Below are positions 39,185 to 48,456 of a DNA stretch of 64,000 bases, one piece after another. Each line of letters starts with the position of its first letter. Within the stretch, counting starts at the first letter, position 1. The notes beneath the pieces are model-generated. The model had not been told where the DNA came from and searched no databases. It saw only the letters and a program-made list of their open reading frames with translations. The stretch comes from Allosphingosinicella sp. (GTDB lineage: Bacteria; Pseudomonadota; Alphaproteobacteria; Sphingomonadales; Sphingomonadaceae), in NCBI GenBank assembly GCA_036387215.1, contig DASVUE010000164.1; one strand, given 5' to 3'. Both the position numbers and the translations under genes were made by a program.

Positions 39185-39249
39185 AACGTCTGCTTTACGG
39201 CGACCTCGGTTCGCATCCGAACGGCCGCTATTGGCGCAAGGCGGACGTT
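39185..39249 (+). repeat. Hairpin repeat cluster
   Basis: AACGTCTGCTTTACGGCG and AACGGCCGCTATTGGCGCAAGGCGGACGTT. Confidence 0.6.
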
Positions 39250-39545
39250 CAAGGCCGCTCCACAGTCGGAGAGATGCTGCGGGCATTCATCGCCGCACCC
39301 ACGCGCGAAGCCGCAGCGCCCTTGCCCGCCTTCCGGCCGGCGTTTGCCGGCGCGCGTCCGCGTCCACTCAACGACGCGTGAGCAGGCACTGGCGGCGCCC
39401 CACCAGGCTCGTGGTGGTGCTTTGGCGAGCATCAACGACCGCTCTATAAGGTTAAGCAATGGGCCATGACGAACCCGCACCTTACCCCATGAGAAGCGTT
39501 AAACTCCCTTTCACGCGCAGCAATGATTATCCTAGAACCTCGAAC

Positions 39546-40250
39546 ATGAACGTGAATACCGCATCTCCATACCTTATGGATGAGCCGCCTACGTCGACCG
39601 GGCGTGTTCTGCTCGCCAGCGCCTTCTCGCACTGGTGCATACTGCACCATGGCTATTCCCCGGCGGAGACCGCTGCGGCGCTTGATCCTGAGACCGCCGC
39701 CGCCCTTGATCCCGATTTCAATTGCGGTCTGCAGGATCGTCGCACCGTTGGCACGGAGGCGCGCCTTCTCGGGGGGTTGCTTGCCGCAGGTCATATTCGA
39801 GCATTCACCCGACCAATCGGGGCTGGCAATCCCGCGCCGCTACCAAGCACCGTGTGGGAGCGGGACGACTTCCGACCGATTTTCGCATGCAGCGCGTTGG
39901 ACCCAGCGCGACCCTTTGAGGATAGCCTTCGACCGACTCACTGGATCTTTCTCGACCTTGACGACTTCAATCACGTGATAGCGGCCAGCTGCGGGGAAGT
40001 TGTGCCGCCCGCTCGCCAAGTCCCAGATGTTGTTGCGGCCGCGCCAGCAGAGCCTGAGCCTGAGGGCGCCAGACACATCGGCAACGACCTTGTACGGATC
40101 AAGGAAGTGGAGCGCCGGACACAGATGTCGCGCGCCACGATTTACCGCCGAATAGACGATGGTCGTTTTCCGAAGCAGGTGCCGATCGCGGGTAATATCG
40201 CTGTGTGGCGTGAAAGCGACATCGCGGAATGGCTGGCAAACCCCCGCTGA
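39546..40250 (+). CDS. AlpA-family regulator with long N-terminal extension (start uncertain)
   Basis: C-terminal LVRIKEVERRTQMSRATIYRRIDDGRFPKQV......WRESDIAEW. Confidence 0.8.
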   Translation: MNVNTASPYLMDEPPTSTGRVLLASAFSHWCILHHGYSPAETAAALDPETAAALDPDFNCGLQDRRTVGTEARLLGGLLAAGHIRAFTRPIGAGNPAPLPSTVWERDDFRPIFACSALDPARPFEDSLRPTHWIFLDLDDFNHVIAASCGEVVPPARQVPDVVAAAPAEPEPEGARHIGNDLVRIKEVERRTQMSRATIYRRIDDGRFPKQVPIAGNIAVWRESDIAEWLANPR

Positions 40251-40327
40251 ACAGATGGTGCCGAGAGCCCGGCAGCCCCATTTTTCACCTCAAAGCACCA
40301 CCCTAGGCTAAGGCCGCATCGGATTTT

Positions 40328-40380
40328 ACAACCCAACTTGGGTTGTTGAGAGCGTAGATCACAACCCAAGTTGGGTTGTG
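40328..40380. repeat. Two copies of palindrome ACAACCCAA-N-TTGGGTTGT
   Basis: Copies at 40328-40346 and 40361-40379; centres 33 bp apart. Confidence 0.9.
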
Positions 40381-40626
40381 GCGAGGCGCACTTCTACGTG
40401 CACATGGCTTTAACCATTTATTAGAAGATTTATGTCACCATAAGGTTCTGCAGCACTCTCGGCCTGCCGGACCGAGCCCCAAAATGAGCATCCGCTTGAG
40501 GGGCTATGGAGTTTCGATGACCTGCAGCGGCGCCGCCGTGACGCGCGACCTGGTCCCGGTCGCGTATTGTAAGTCGCACATACGCGACCTCAGTAGCCAG
40601 CATCCCGCCGGCTCAACGGAGGACGC

Positions 40627-41223
40627 GTGATGCGCCTGCAAGATGTAATCAAAAAGTCCAAGGGCGTCTTGCCTCAGAACATTGGCGACGACGATGCGAG
40701 GTACGTGTTCGTAGCACGTACAACCCAGCTCATGCTCGAAGATGCGGCTGCAGGAAAGCAGCTTCAGTCGGCCCGATGCTATTCCATTGAAGCCATCACA
40801 TGGTTCAATAGGGTCGCGTCGGCCAAGCCATTCCGCTTCCAGCAGTTGACGAGCGCAGATGGGCCGGGGGAGCTAATCCATCGCGAGACGTTCTTTCGCA
40901 ACAGCGTTCGCAAAATGATGGATGCGGTAATTTCTGGCGCTGTCGCACAGAAGAGATGGACCTGGCGGTTGGTCACGGAGCTTCGTGAAGCGGCCGACCG
41001 CGAGCTATCAGACTTCGTTCTTCAGCCTATGAGCGCAGTCGATGAGTGGGGATCCGAAGACTTCATTCAGGAAATCTATGCCCACCTGCGAAAGACAAGG
41101 TCGTTTCGCAGCTTGCCGCATGCGGCCGAGTATCAGCACTTTTGTGAACACGGCTTCCCGCTCCAGGAGCATGAGCGCCGGCTTCAAAAGGCAGGCCTAA
41201 TAGCTCGGGAGCTTTGCTCATGA
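40627..41223 (+). CDS. Hypothetical protein
   Basis: GGAGG RBS; 198 aa ORF with a protein-like composition. Confidence 0.6.
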   Translation: MMRLQDVIKKSKGVLPQNIGDDDARYVFVARTTQLMLEDAAAGKQLQSARCYSIEAITWFNRVASAKPFRFQQLTSADGPGELIHRETFFRNSVRKMMDAVISGAVAQKRWTWRLVTELREAADRELSDFVLQPMSAVDEWGSEDFIQEIYAHLRKTRSFRSLPHAAEYQHFCEHGFPLQEHERRLQKAGLIARELCS

Positions 41224-41334
41224 GCCGCCATCTGACCGGCTGGCTTGTTGCACCCAATCCGGCAGCTCCCCAGGCTGGCGCCAACTTGGCGCCTATCCAG
41301 TGCAGGGTAGAGATCCGAAACAAGTTACAAAAAT

Positions 41335-41366
41335 TAGCAGGATGGATGTTGTCCGACACAAACATC
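41335..41366 (-). other. Putative oriT (RP4/MOB-P-type nic site)
   Basis: The minus strand reads GATGTT-TGTGTCGGAC-AACATC (inverted repeat) immediately followed by CATCCTGC; it lies about 60 bp upstream of mobC. Confidence 0.7.
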
Positions 41367-41428
41367 GGAGACCTCTCGGCGCTTTGCTTCTCGCTGTCTC
41401 TTAGTTTGCAGAAATAGGAGGCAGTCTC

Positions 41429-41740
41429 ATGCCAAATAAGAAGACCAAGGAACAACGGGTAACACTCCGGGTTCCGCCTGATCTTTACGCAGAGCTGGAG
41501 GCTCTTACGGGTGGGACACCCCGCAAGATGACCGCCGTGATCCTTGCGCGGCTCCGTAGCCAGTCCGGCACAACGGTGTCTATAGCTGAGGGCCTGATGC
41601 CGATCTTGGCGATGCTGTCCACGATGCTCGATCAGATACGTGATGCCGACACTTACAGCAGCGAGCACATGGACACGGCGCGGCTGCTCTACGGCTCGCT
41701 TCTTGAGAAAGCTTTCAAGCTGCTGGGTGATGGTCAATGA
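41429..41740 (+). CDS. MobC-like ribbon-helix-helix relaxosome protein
   Basis: AGGAGG RBS; KEQRVTLRVPPDLYAEL; ATGA overlap with the relaxase gene. Confidence 0.65.
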   Translation: MPNKKTKEQRVTLRVPPDLYAELEALTGGTPRKMTAVILARLRSQSGTTVSIAEGLMPILAMLSTMLDQIRDADTYSSEHMDTARLLYGSLLEKAFKLLGDGQ

Positions 41741-44505
41741 GTGCTCAGTCACCGACCATCGTGCTTGTGCTTTTCGATGCAAAGAACAAGCCGACATTTA
41801 AAGCTACGCCGCTGCAGCCGGACGCTTCAGGCCTGATCGGCTACATCACCAGAATCGCGAACTTCTTAGAGCATGAGGTCCACGACCAGGCAGCTGTGCT
41901 CGGCTACGTCCATCAGAACGGCGACGTCGGCGCGTTTGCCCACAGCGGCTTCCACACCGACACGCTCGCGGGGATGGCCCGCGAACTTGCCCTTGATGCT
42001 AAGCTGGCAAGGCCGGGAGTCAGGCCCGCTTTGTCGCACGGTTCCATTTCCTTGAAGTTGAAGCCTGGAGAATCCTCCGTCGCTCCCAAGGAGCTCCTTG
42101 AGGTCGGCCATGCAGCGATGAAGCTCCTGGGCGTCAATCAGAATCGTTATGTTCTTGCCGTGCACATCGACACTGACCATATTCACCTTCACTTCCTCTA
42201 CTCTCGAGTGGCGGAAGGCGGTGTGTTGAGAGAGCGTAGCCGAAAGTACAGCAAGTTTCTGTGTGAGGCTGCATGCGCGAGCCTCGCCTATGAATTCGAA
42301 TTCGCTTTGGAGAAGAGACATCTTTCGCGCGGCGACGCGAATGGTGTTCTTGATCTTGCGTCTGAGCGATACACCCACGACGCGGACTTTACGGAGATCA
42401 AGGCAGGTGCGGAGATGCGAACTAAGGCACGCGCCAAGATCGCCGCCAGACCCGAGCCTATCCAAGAACTAATAAGAATCGCTCTGGTGGCACGCTATGA
42501 GGCCCGCGGGGATCTCACCACCTTTCGTACATTACTCGCCGAAGAGGGCATCTCCTACAGCCGTAAGGGTTCCGGAGCGGCGTTCGTCGATGGGCAGGGG
42601 GTGGAATATAATGCCTCTGACGTTGACGCGCGCTTTTCACCGACGAATATCGGCTTGGCCGGTGTGGCGCCGATGTCGCTGCCGGATGAGCCGGGTTGGA
42701 TCACCGCGAAGATCGCCGAACGACGCCAAGAATCGCTGGCGATCGACCATTTGGTGCCTGATACGGACGCGGCGCAAGAATGGAACAGGTTCAAGGCTGC
42801 TCGCGATCAAGGCAGTGGCCCATACGTCCCATTAGAACAGAGCGGTCGCATTGATCATGACATAAAGCGGTCGTTCCGGAAGAACGGAGCCGGCCGTCCG
42901 TTGAAGGCACCTCTCCCGGACCATTGGCCCGTCAGGGCAGTACCTGCCGTGAGTCTGGGCGCCGCCACTTTCGCTAAGCGCAGAGTGACCATGCCAGGCG
43001 AGAAGTACACGCGCATGGAGCAACCTTCGCGGACGGAGTTCTGGCGCGGTGACGCGCTCGTAGCCACTGTCCGCTATTCCATCATGATGGTTTATTCAAA
43101 GCAGGTGGCCGACCTCGAGGCAGCTCTCATGGCAGCACATAGGGCTTGGGGCCCGGTCGAGGTGTTCGGGAACAAGCGGTTCAAGGCGAAGATGGTCAAG
43201 CTGGCCGCACAGCTTGACGTGCCGCTTTCAAACCCGGAGCTGCAAGTGGCGCTGGAAGCGGCGAGGAGCGCCTTAGGCAAGCCGCCGTCCGTCGCTGCGC
43301 GCGAGCACCCGCTAGACCGGGTTCGGACCGACGAGGGCACTGGGCCGATCGCGGTGTCCCCTATTCCGATCCAGGAGGACGCCTCGCAGGGGCCATCCGA
43401 AAATGTCTTGGTTCCACGCGAAGGAGCCTTGGAGGCTCGAGAGGTGCACGTGGGATCAAGCAGAAGTGCTGACGAAGCGGAGGCTACGGTTGAAGCCGTG
43501 GATCCTGCATTCGGTGACCTCTCCCGAGCCGCGGATCCGCGGCCGCGGACCCTGCCGTCGCATCTCGTTCACGGTGATGATCCGCATGTTGTGACTCCTC
43601 GCGTCTCGAGTCCGCTTGACCGTCAAAAGGATACCCGCGACGCGGCCCAAGCTGCACCCATTCAGGTGGCGCTGCCGAGGTCGTCCGTTGCGGTCAAAAG
43701 CGGTCCAGCGGAACCACCACCGCCCGCGACCGCTGCAACCCATCCGCGTCTACCGGAGACGCTCGCTTCAGCCCCCGCCGGCGACCTAGCAGGCGCCAGA
43801 GCCAATCCTGATCAATCGATCATTGATCGCACGGCTGAAGCACCGGCTACAAAGGACCATCAGCAGACGCACGTCGAGCCGTCCGCGCCTCCCGGTGGCA
43901 CGACGGTAGACGCACGCACGAGCTTGTTGGTGGAAAAGGTGCCGCCGCAGGCACCGCCCCGAATCAGTGGCATGGAAGTTGCGGCTGGGAGGAAGCCTCC
44001 TGCTCCTAATGTGACCGGCACGGAACCTGAGAACACCCAAGCCAACATCCCGTCCAAAGCGGCCCACGTCCCGCCATCGCTAGGCGAAAGCGCTAAAGCG
44101 GCTTCGACCGCATCTCGTGCGGGGATCCGGGCCTCCCTCACCGACGCAGAAATCGCGGAAATCTTGCGACCGCGGCTGGTCGGAGCTGATGGCGTCTTCA
44201 GGCCCCGAGAGGAGCTGGATCAGATCTCCGTCGCCAAGGTCATCTGGGCCTACGGGGACCTTAGTCCGCGCGCACGTGCGGGGCTGGGCGCCGCCGACCT
44301 CTACGCGACAGCAGAAGGACACCGTCAAGCTGATGACCTCCGCGTCGCGCTCGCCCGCGGCCGGACCAGACTTCGGGAGGAGACCAGCCGAGGACCGAGC
44401 AATCCGCGACCTCAGCCCGAGAGCGTGCTTACGGATCAGGACAGGGCGAAACAGGCGCAGATGCAAGCCGCGCTGCACGCACAGCAAGGAAGGGGAGGAA
44501 TTTGA
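41737..44505 (+). CDS. MOB-P-type relaxase with LPD7-like domain and long Pro/Ala-rich tail
   Basis: N-terminal Tyr, HGSISL, AVHIDTDHIHLH (HUH) and AALMAAHRAWGPVEVFGNKRFK. Confidence 0.85.
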   Translation: MSAQSPTIVLVLFDAKNKPTFKATPLQPDASGLIGYITRIANFLEHEVHDQAAVLGYVHQNGDVGAFAHSGFHTDTLAGMARELALDAKLARPGVRPALSHGSISLKLKPGESSVAPKELLEVGHAAMKLLGVNQNRYVLAVHIDTDHIHLHFLYSRVAEGGVLRERSRKYSKFLCEAACASLAYEFEFALEKRHLSRGDANGVLDLASERYTHDADFTEIKAGAEMRTKARAKIAARPEPIQELIRIALVARYEARGDLTTFRTLLAEEGISYSRKGSGAAFVDGQGVEYNASDVDARFSPTNIGLAGVAPMSLPDEPGWITAKIAERRQESLAIDHLVPDTDAAQEWNRFKAARDQGSGPYVPLEQSGRIDHDIKRSFRKNGAGRPLKAPLPDHWPVRAVPAVSLGAATFAKRRVTMPGEKYTRMEQPSRTEFWRGDALVATVRYSIMMVYSKQVADLEAALMAAHRAWGPVEVFGNKRFKAKMVKLAAQLDVPLSNPELQVALEAARSALGKPPSVAAREHPLDRVRTDEGTGPIAVSPIPIQEDASQGPSENVLVPREGALEAREVHVGSSRSADEAEATVEAVDPAFGDLSRAADPRPRTLPSHLVHGDDPHVVTPRVSSPLDRQKDTRDAAQAAPIQVALPRSSVAVKSGPAEPPPPATAATHPRLPETLASAPAGDLAGARANPDQSIIDRTAEAPATKDHQQTHVEPSAPPGGTTVDARTSLLVEKVPPQAPPRISGMEVAAGRKPPAPNVTGTEPENTQANIPSKAAHVPPSLGESAKAASTASRAGIRASLTDAEIAEILRPRLVGADGVFRPREELDQISVAKVIWAYGDLSPRARAGLGAADLYATAEGHRQADDLRVALARGRTRLREETSRGPSNPRPQPESVLTDQDRAKQAQMQAALHAQQGRGGI

Positions 44506-44596
44506 CAGGGGAAGGGGTGGAGTGAGCCCGGTAGGGAGTTGGAAAAAGGGTCGGCAGTCGCTGATCGCTCCGCCGGGCTTCGCAAGGAGAAGTCCC

Positions 44597-45421
44597 ATGA
44601 GCCACGGCCGGCTACGAACCCAGTTCAACGAGAGGGCGCTCTGCGCCCTCGACATCGAGACCGTCAGCAGCGAGCAAATGGAAGACGGCGGCTTCCCGCC
44701 CTGGCCGACTCATAGATGTGTCGTGGCGTCGATGCTGACCGCCGACCTCGACCACTATGGCGAGTGGGCGTTTGCGGTTGAGAGCGTCATGTTCGAAGAG
44801 GATCCGAGGGCGCTCGATAGGATCGACGAGCTGCTCCAGGGCCGTTCGGCGCTGAGCATGAACGGGAGAGGCTTCGACTTTCCCGTCCTCCTGCTCCACG
44901 CGCAGAAGGCGAGGAAATTCAAGCTTCACGCGCTGACGGCTGCGGCCATGGAACCGCGCTTTTCGTCGGCACGGCATTACGATCTCGCCGACAAGTTCTC
45001 CCAGTATGGTGGCGCCCGCGGTGCCTCTTTGGAGCGCTTGTGCACAGCCCTCTGCATCCCAGCCAAGATCGCGGCGCATGGCAATGAGGTAGGCGAGTTG
45101 CACGCGGCCGGCGAGACACAAAAAATCGCCCAATATTGTGAGCAGGACACTGCATCCACGTTGCTCGCGGCCGCCTACTTCCGAGCGATCGAGACGGGCA
45201 ATCCTACGTATCACGCCGCCCTCACCTACCAGTTCGCACGGTGGGCCAAGCGGCAGGGAGAACATCTGCACCCGTATGCGAACTTCCACGCCACCGAAAA
45301 CCTGCTTCAGCTTTCCCTATTGGCGCAGATCGACGCAGCCCTCGAGGTTGCGCAGATGAATGCCGAATGCCGAGCGATGCAGGCCCTTGAGGGCAGCTTC
45401 GTCGAGGTGAGTCCCTACTAA
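44597..45421 (+). CDS. PolB-like DEDDy 3'-5' exonuclease (standalone)
   Basis: AAGGAG RBS; LDIET, MNGRGFDFPVL, HYDL, IPAK and YCEQD. Confidence 0.88.
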   Translation: MSHGRLRTQFNERALCALDIETVSSEQMEDGGFPPWPTHRCVVASMLTADLDHYGEWAFAVESVMFEEDPRALDRIDELLQGRSALSMNGRGFDFPVLLLHAQKARKFKLHALTAAAMEPRFSSARHYDLADKFSQYGGARGASLERLCTALCIPAKIAAHGNEVGELHAAGETQKIAQYCEQDTASTLLAAAYFRAIETGNPTYHAALTYQFARWAKRQGEHLHPYANFHATENLLQLSLLAQIDAALEVAQMNAECRAMQALEGSFVEVSPY

Positions 45422-45498
45422 ACCCTACCGACGACCGCCGGCCGTCGTAGCCCCGCTGCGGCACGATGGTGCTCGCCTAAACACAAGGAAACTCAGAA

Positions 45499-46074
45499 AT
45501 GGAACACGTGAACGACGACAGCGGCCTTCAGCGGCCGCTCATCCAGATCCTGGTGCCCGATTTGCGGACCATCGACCAACCAGGGACCCGCTACGCCTGG
45601 TTGAACGGGTACTGCCTCCTCAGCTGCAATACAGATGACCTCACTGTGAGCGGCGAGGTTCGCATCGGCGAGCACCTCGCAGAGAACCCCGATCTGATCG
45701 CCGACTTGGCGCATGCTCTCGTCCCGACGGCGGTGCTTGCGGGGACGGACCTGACGGCGATGGTCAGCGGCTTGGGCAGGTTGCCGTTCGATGCACCGAA
45801 CCAGGCTCCCTCGTTGGCGCTGCTGGCAAAGCTCAGGAGCATGATCGAGCACAATCCGCCGATCGACCTGGGGGAGATCGATGGTGACGACCTGGACAGC
45901 CTGAACGCTCGTTTGCTGGCCGAGATGCTCGCCGACAAGGCAGGTGCGTGCCTCGAGGCGATGAGCCACCGCACGCTGCCCGAAGGGTCGCATGCAGATC
46001 TGTACGCAGCCTGGCAGAAGTGGCGCGAAAACCTCGTTCCCGTTCTGCCGGAGAGGGAGGTGTGCCGATACTAA
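45499..46074 (+). CDS. Hypothetical protein, possible degenerate exonuclease fold
   Basis: AAGGA RBS; ILVPDLRT, VLAGTDL and IDL at positions reminiscent of Exo I/II. Confidence 0.55.
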   Translation: MEHVNDDSGLQRPLIQILVPDLRTIDQPGTRYAWLNGYCLLSCNTDDLTVSGEVRIGEHLAENPDLIADLAHALVPTAVLAGTDLTAMVSGLGRLPFDAPNQAPSLALLAKLRSMIEHNPPIDLGEIDGDDLDSLNARLLAEMLADKAGACLEAMSHRTLPEGSHADLYAAWQKWRENLVPVLPEREVCRY

Positions 46075-46108
46075 AACGCTGACCCCAACCATCACCACCG
46101 ACCACCCC

Positions 46109-46130
46109 GCCCGCTTCCGCGGGCTTTTTT
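46109..46130 (+). terminator. Terminator-like hairpin inside the exonuclease cluster
   Basis: GCCCGC-TTCC-GCGGGC-TTTTTT, 20 nt upstream of the next ATG. Confidence 0.65.
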
Positions 46131-46150
46131 GTACCTAAGGAATGTAGAAC

Positions 46151-46930
46151 ATGAACATCCTCAACTTCCCTGCTCAGGATGGAGTCCAGCGCTTCATCAT
46201 CCTCGATCTCGAGACCCGGAACGACGATAGGCTTTACCACCGCTATCGTACCACCGATCCGCGGCCAGCGCCGTGCCGCTGGCCTTTTCGCCGCGTGGTT
46301 TCGGCCACCGTCATGGAGGTCGCGGTCGAGCATGGCATCTGGGAAATCACCCACTTCCAATCGTGGGCCGGCCCCGAGGACCATCAGATTGTTCGACAGC
46401 TGTTCAACTGGATGATCGAACGGCCGGCGCATCGACTTGTCACCTACGCCGGCGCCTCCGAGGATATCCCGGTCTTGAAGACCGCCGCCATGGAGATAGG
46501 CTTGGCCTTGCCCAGGCAGCTCCGCCATCTTGAAAGGGATCGCGCCGGCTGGCTTCACGCGGATCTCGCGCTCGTTCTGAAAGGCGGAGCTGGGCCGTAC
46601 GTTCATCAACTTGAGCTCGCGACGCGCTTGGGTTTGCCGGCGAAGATGGCCGGAAGTGCCGGACAGGTCCCGCACCTGTTCGACGAAGGGCGCTTTGAGG
46701 CTGTAGCGTGGATCAGCGAGTGCGATGTCCTCCTGACTTCCCTCCTGCTCGCGGCGCACTTGGCCAGCCTTGGGCAAGTCATAAGTGTCACCGCCGCCCA
46801 GTATGTGACGATGCGGTTCGTCCGGGAGCGGCGTCCTACCGCATCCTATCACCGCGAGCTCGGGAACTACCTGGCGAAAGTCGCGCGCCAGATGATGGAG
46901 GACCAACAGGGCTGGTTGGAAGCATCTTGA
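46151..46930 (+). CDS. Second PolB-like 3'-5' exonuclease homologue
   Basis: LDLET, TYAGASEDIPVL, HADL, LPAK and ISECD (Exo III Tyr replaced). Confidence 0.8.
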   Translation: MNILNFPAQDGVQRFIILDLETRNDDRLYHRYRTTDPRPAPCRWPFRRVVSATVMEVAVEHGIWEITHFQSWAGPEDHQIVRQLFNWMIERPAHRLVTYAGASEDIPVLKTAAMEIGLALPRQLRHLERDRAGWLHADLALVLKGGAGPYVHQLELATRLGLPAKMAGSAGQVPHLFDEGRFEAVAWISECDVLLTSLLLAAHLASLGQVISVTAAQYVTMRFVRERRPTASYHRELGNYLAKVARQMMEDQQGWLEAS

Positions 46931-47121
46931 AATAAGGTGCTGCGGGAGCGGCGATGTGTCGCTCCCGCCAAACAGTGCGCGACCCCATCCAGCCCAGATG
47001 CGGCCGCTCGACAGCCCGGCATCAAAGGGCCGCGCGTGCTCGCCTCGTCAAGAAGAATAAGACTGAGTCAGCTGGAGGGGAGGACGGACCCAACGGTGGG
47101 AAAAGTCACAGGAGTCGAATC

Positions 47122-47619
47122 ATGAATAACATTGTTACGCAGATGGCCGCAATCAGCGCTGCTATGCGGATGCTTCTAGCAGGCGACCAGATTGTCAAGC
47201 CGCGCAACCTGCTCATTGCGGCCGCCAGCGGCCTTACAAATCAGTTGATAGAGACGATGATGTCGCATGCGGCCTCAAAGCGCTCGACTTTCCTCGCGAT
47301 GTTCCAGATTCAAGGCAATGCAGCATACCTCGAGAAGGTGCTCGTTGTGGACGCTTCCACAACGAAGGGCGAAATCAACATAGGTGCAGGCAAGTTCATC
47401 CAGAAGCCGGATGACACCTTCGCTATCCTGTCGCTCAACCGAGAACAGCCGTACCAGTATGCACTTCGGAACTCGGGTCGCCGTCTCGTACGGTCGCCTG
47501 CGGACATTCAGGGCGATCGAGCATTGATGGAATTCCGCGGCCTGCAGGCGCTTCTGTCAAAGGCAGCCACGTCCGAGTGCCAAAGGGAAGCCTTCCAGCG
47601 CGCTGTGTATCCCTATTGA
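47122..47619 (+). CDS. Hypothetical protein
   Basis: AGGAG RBS before ATG 47122; 165 aa. Confidence 0.55.
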   Translation: MNNIVTQMAAISAAMRMLLAGDQIVKPRNLLIAAASGLTNQLIETMMSHAASKRSTFLAMFQIQGNAAYLEKVLVVDASTTKGEINIGAGKFIQKPDDTFAILSLNREQPYQYALRNSGRRLVRSPADIQGDRALMEFRGLQALLSKAATSECQREAFQRAVYPY

Positions 47620-47759
47620 TCTTAGCGGACATCGGTCCGGCAAAAGAAAATGCCGGACCGATTCGACGGCTCCGGCTGCGCCGTAAAATCCGCGCGGCCG
47701 GCTTCCCCAGCGAAGCGAGAGCCCGATAGCTTGGGCGGATCTCGGAGACTGGAGTCTTG

Positions 47760-48200
47760 CCGAGCAATCCGGTCGGGAGCCCGCCGTCGATCAGCCCTGC
47801 GATGATGCCGAGACCGGACATGGCTCCATACACGGCCATGGCGCTGTTGCCGCGCTTTCCCTTCGGGGAAAGTCGTAGCTAGCAAAGCAAGGGCATTTGG
47901 TGCCGTCAGAGCGGCGCCGACGCCTTGAACGCCGCGCCAGCCGATCACGCTTGCTCAAGGTTGGGCGAGACCGACGAGGAGCGACGCTACCGTGAAGATT
48001 GCCATGCCGACCTGCAGCATGCGCCGGCGTCCATAAAGATCGCCGAGCCTGCCGCCGAAGAGAAGCAGGCCACCGAAGGCCAAGATGTAGCCGTTGATCA
48101 CCCACGGGAGGTTCGAAGGGGAGAGGCCGAGGTCGTTCTGAAGCGTCGGCAGAGCAACGTTAGCGATCGTATCGTCGAGCACCACCATAAGCTGGCTGTC
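47760..48200 (-). pseudogene. DHA2-family MFS transporter remnant
   Basis: QLMVVLDDTIANVALP, WVINGYILAFGGLLLFGGRLGDLYGRRR, RGVQGVGAAL..P.ALALL and AVYGAM, split over several frames. Confidence 0.85.
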
Positions 48201-48456
48201 GCGCTGACGAGCAAAGAGAGGCCCAACCCACGCTCGGGCGGGGTAACAGGGGCCGGGGCTCCCAACCGAGCGTTCGAAGGTGAACAGCCGCGCGTCCGTT
48301 GATGTCAGCCAAGCTGACGCCCTCCGTACCACGCGCGGGAAAACTGCCGAAAGCATCGAGGTCAGGCAGGAGCATCGAGCGCAAGGACGCGGCCAGTTCT
48401 CAGGAGTCCTCTATGGCGCAGCCCCGTGTGGCTCGATCGCTGCTCGTTGCCCAGGA

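Noticed and set aside
5253-39249. Hairpin repeats read as a CRISPR array or classical attC sites
   Set aside because: There is no regular repeat-spacer period, no cas or intI gene, and no consistent RYYYAAC/GTTRRRY ends.
44117-44596. N-terminal extension of the first exonuclease ORF
   Set aside because: It overlaps the relaxase in another frame, and a clear RBS precedes ATG 44597.
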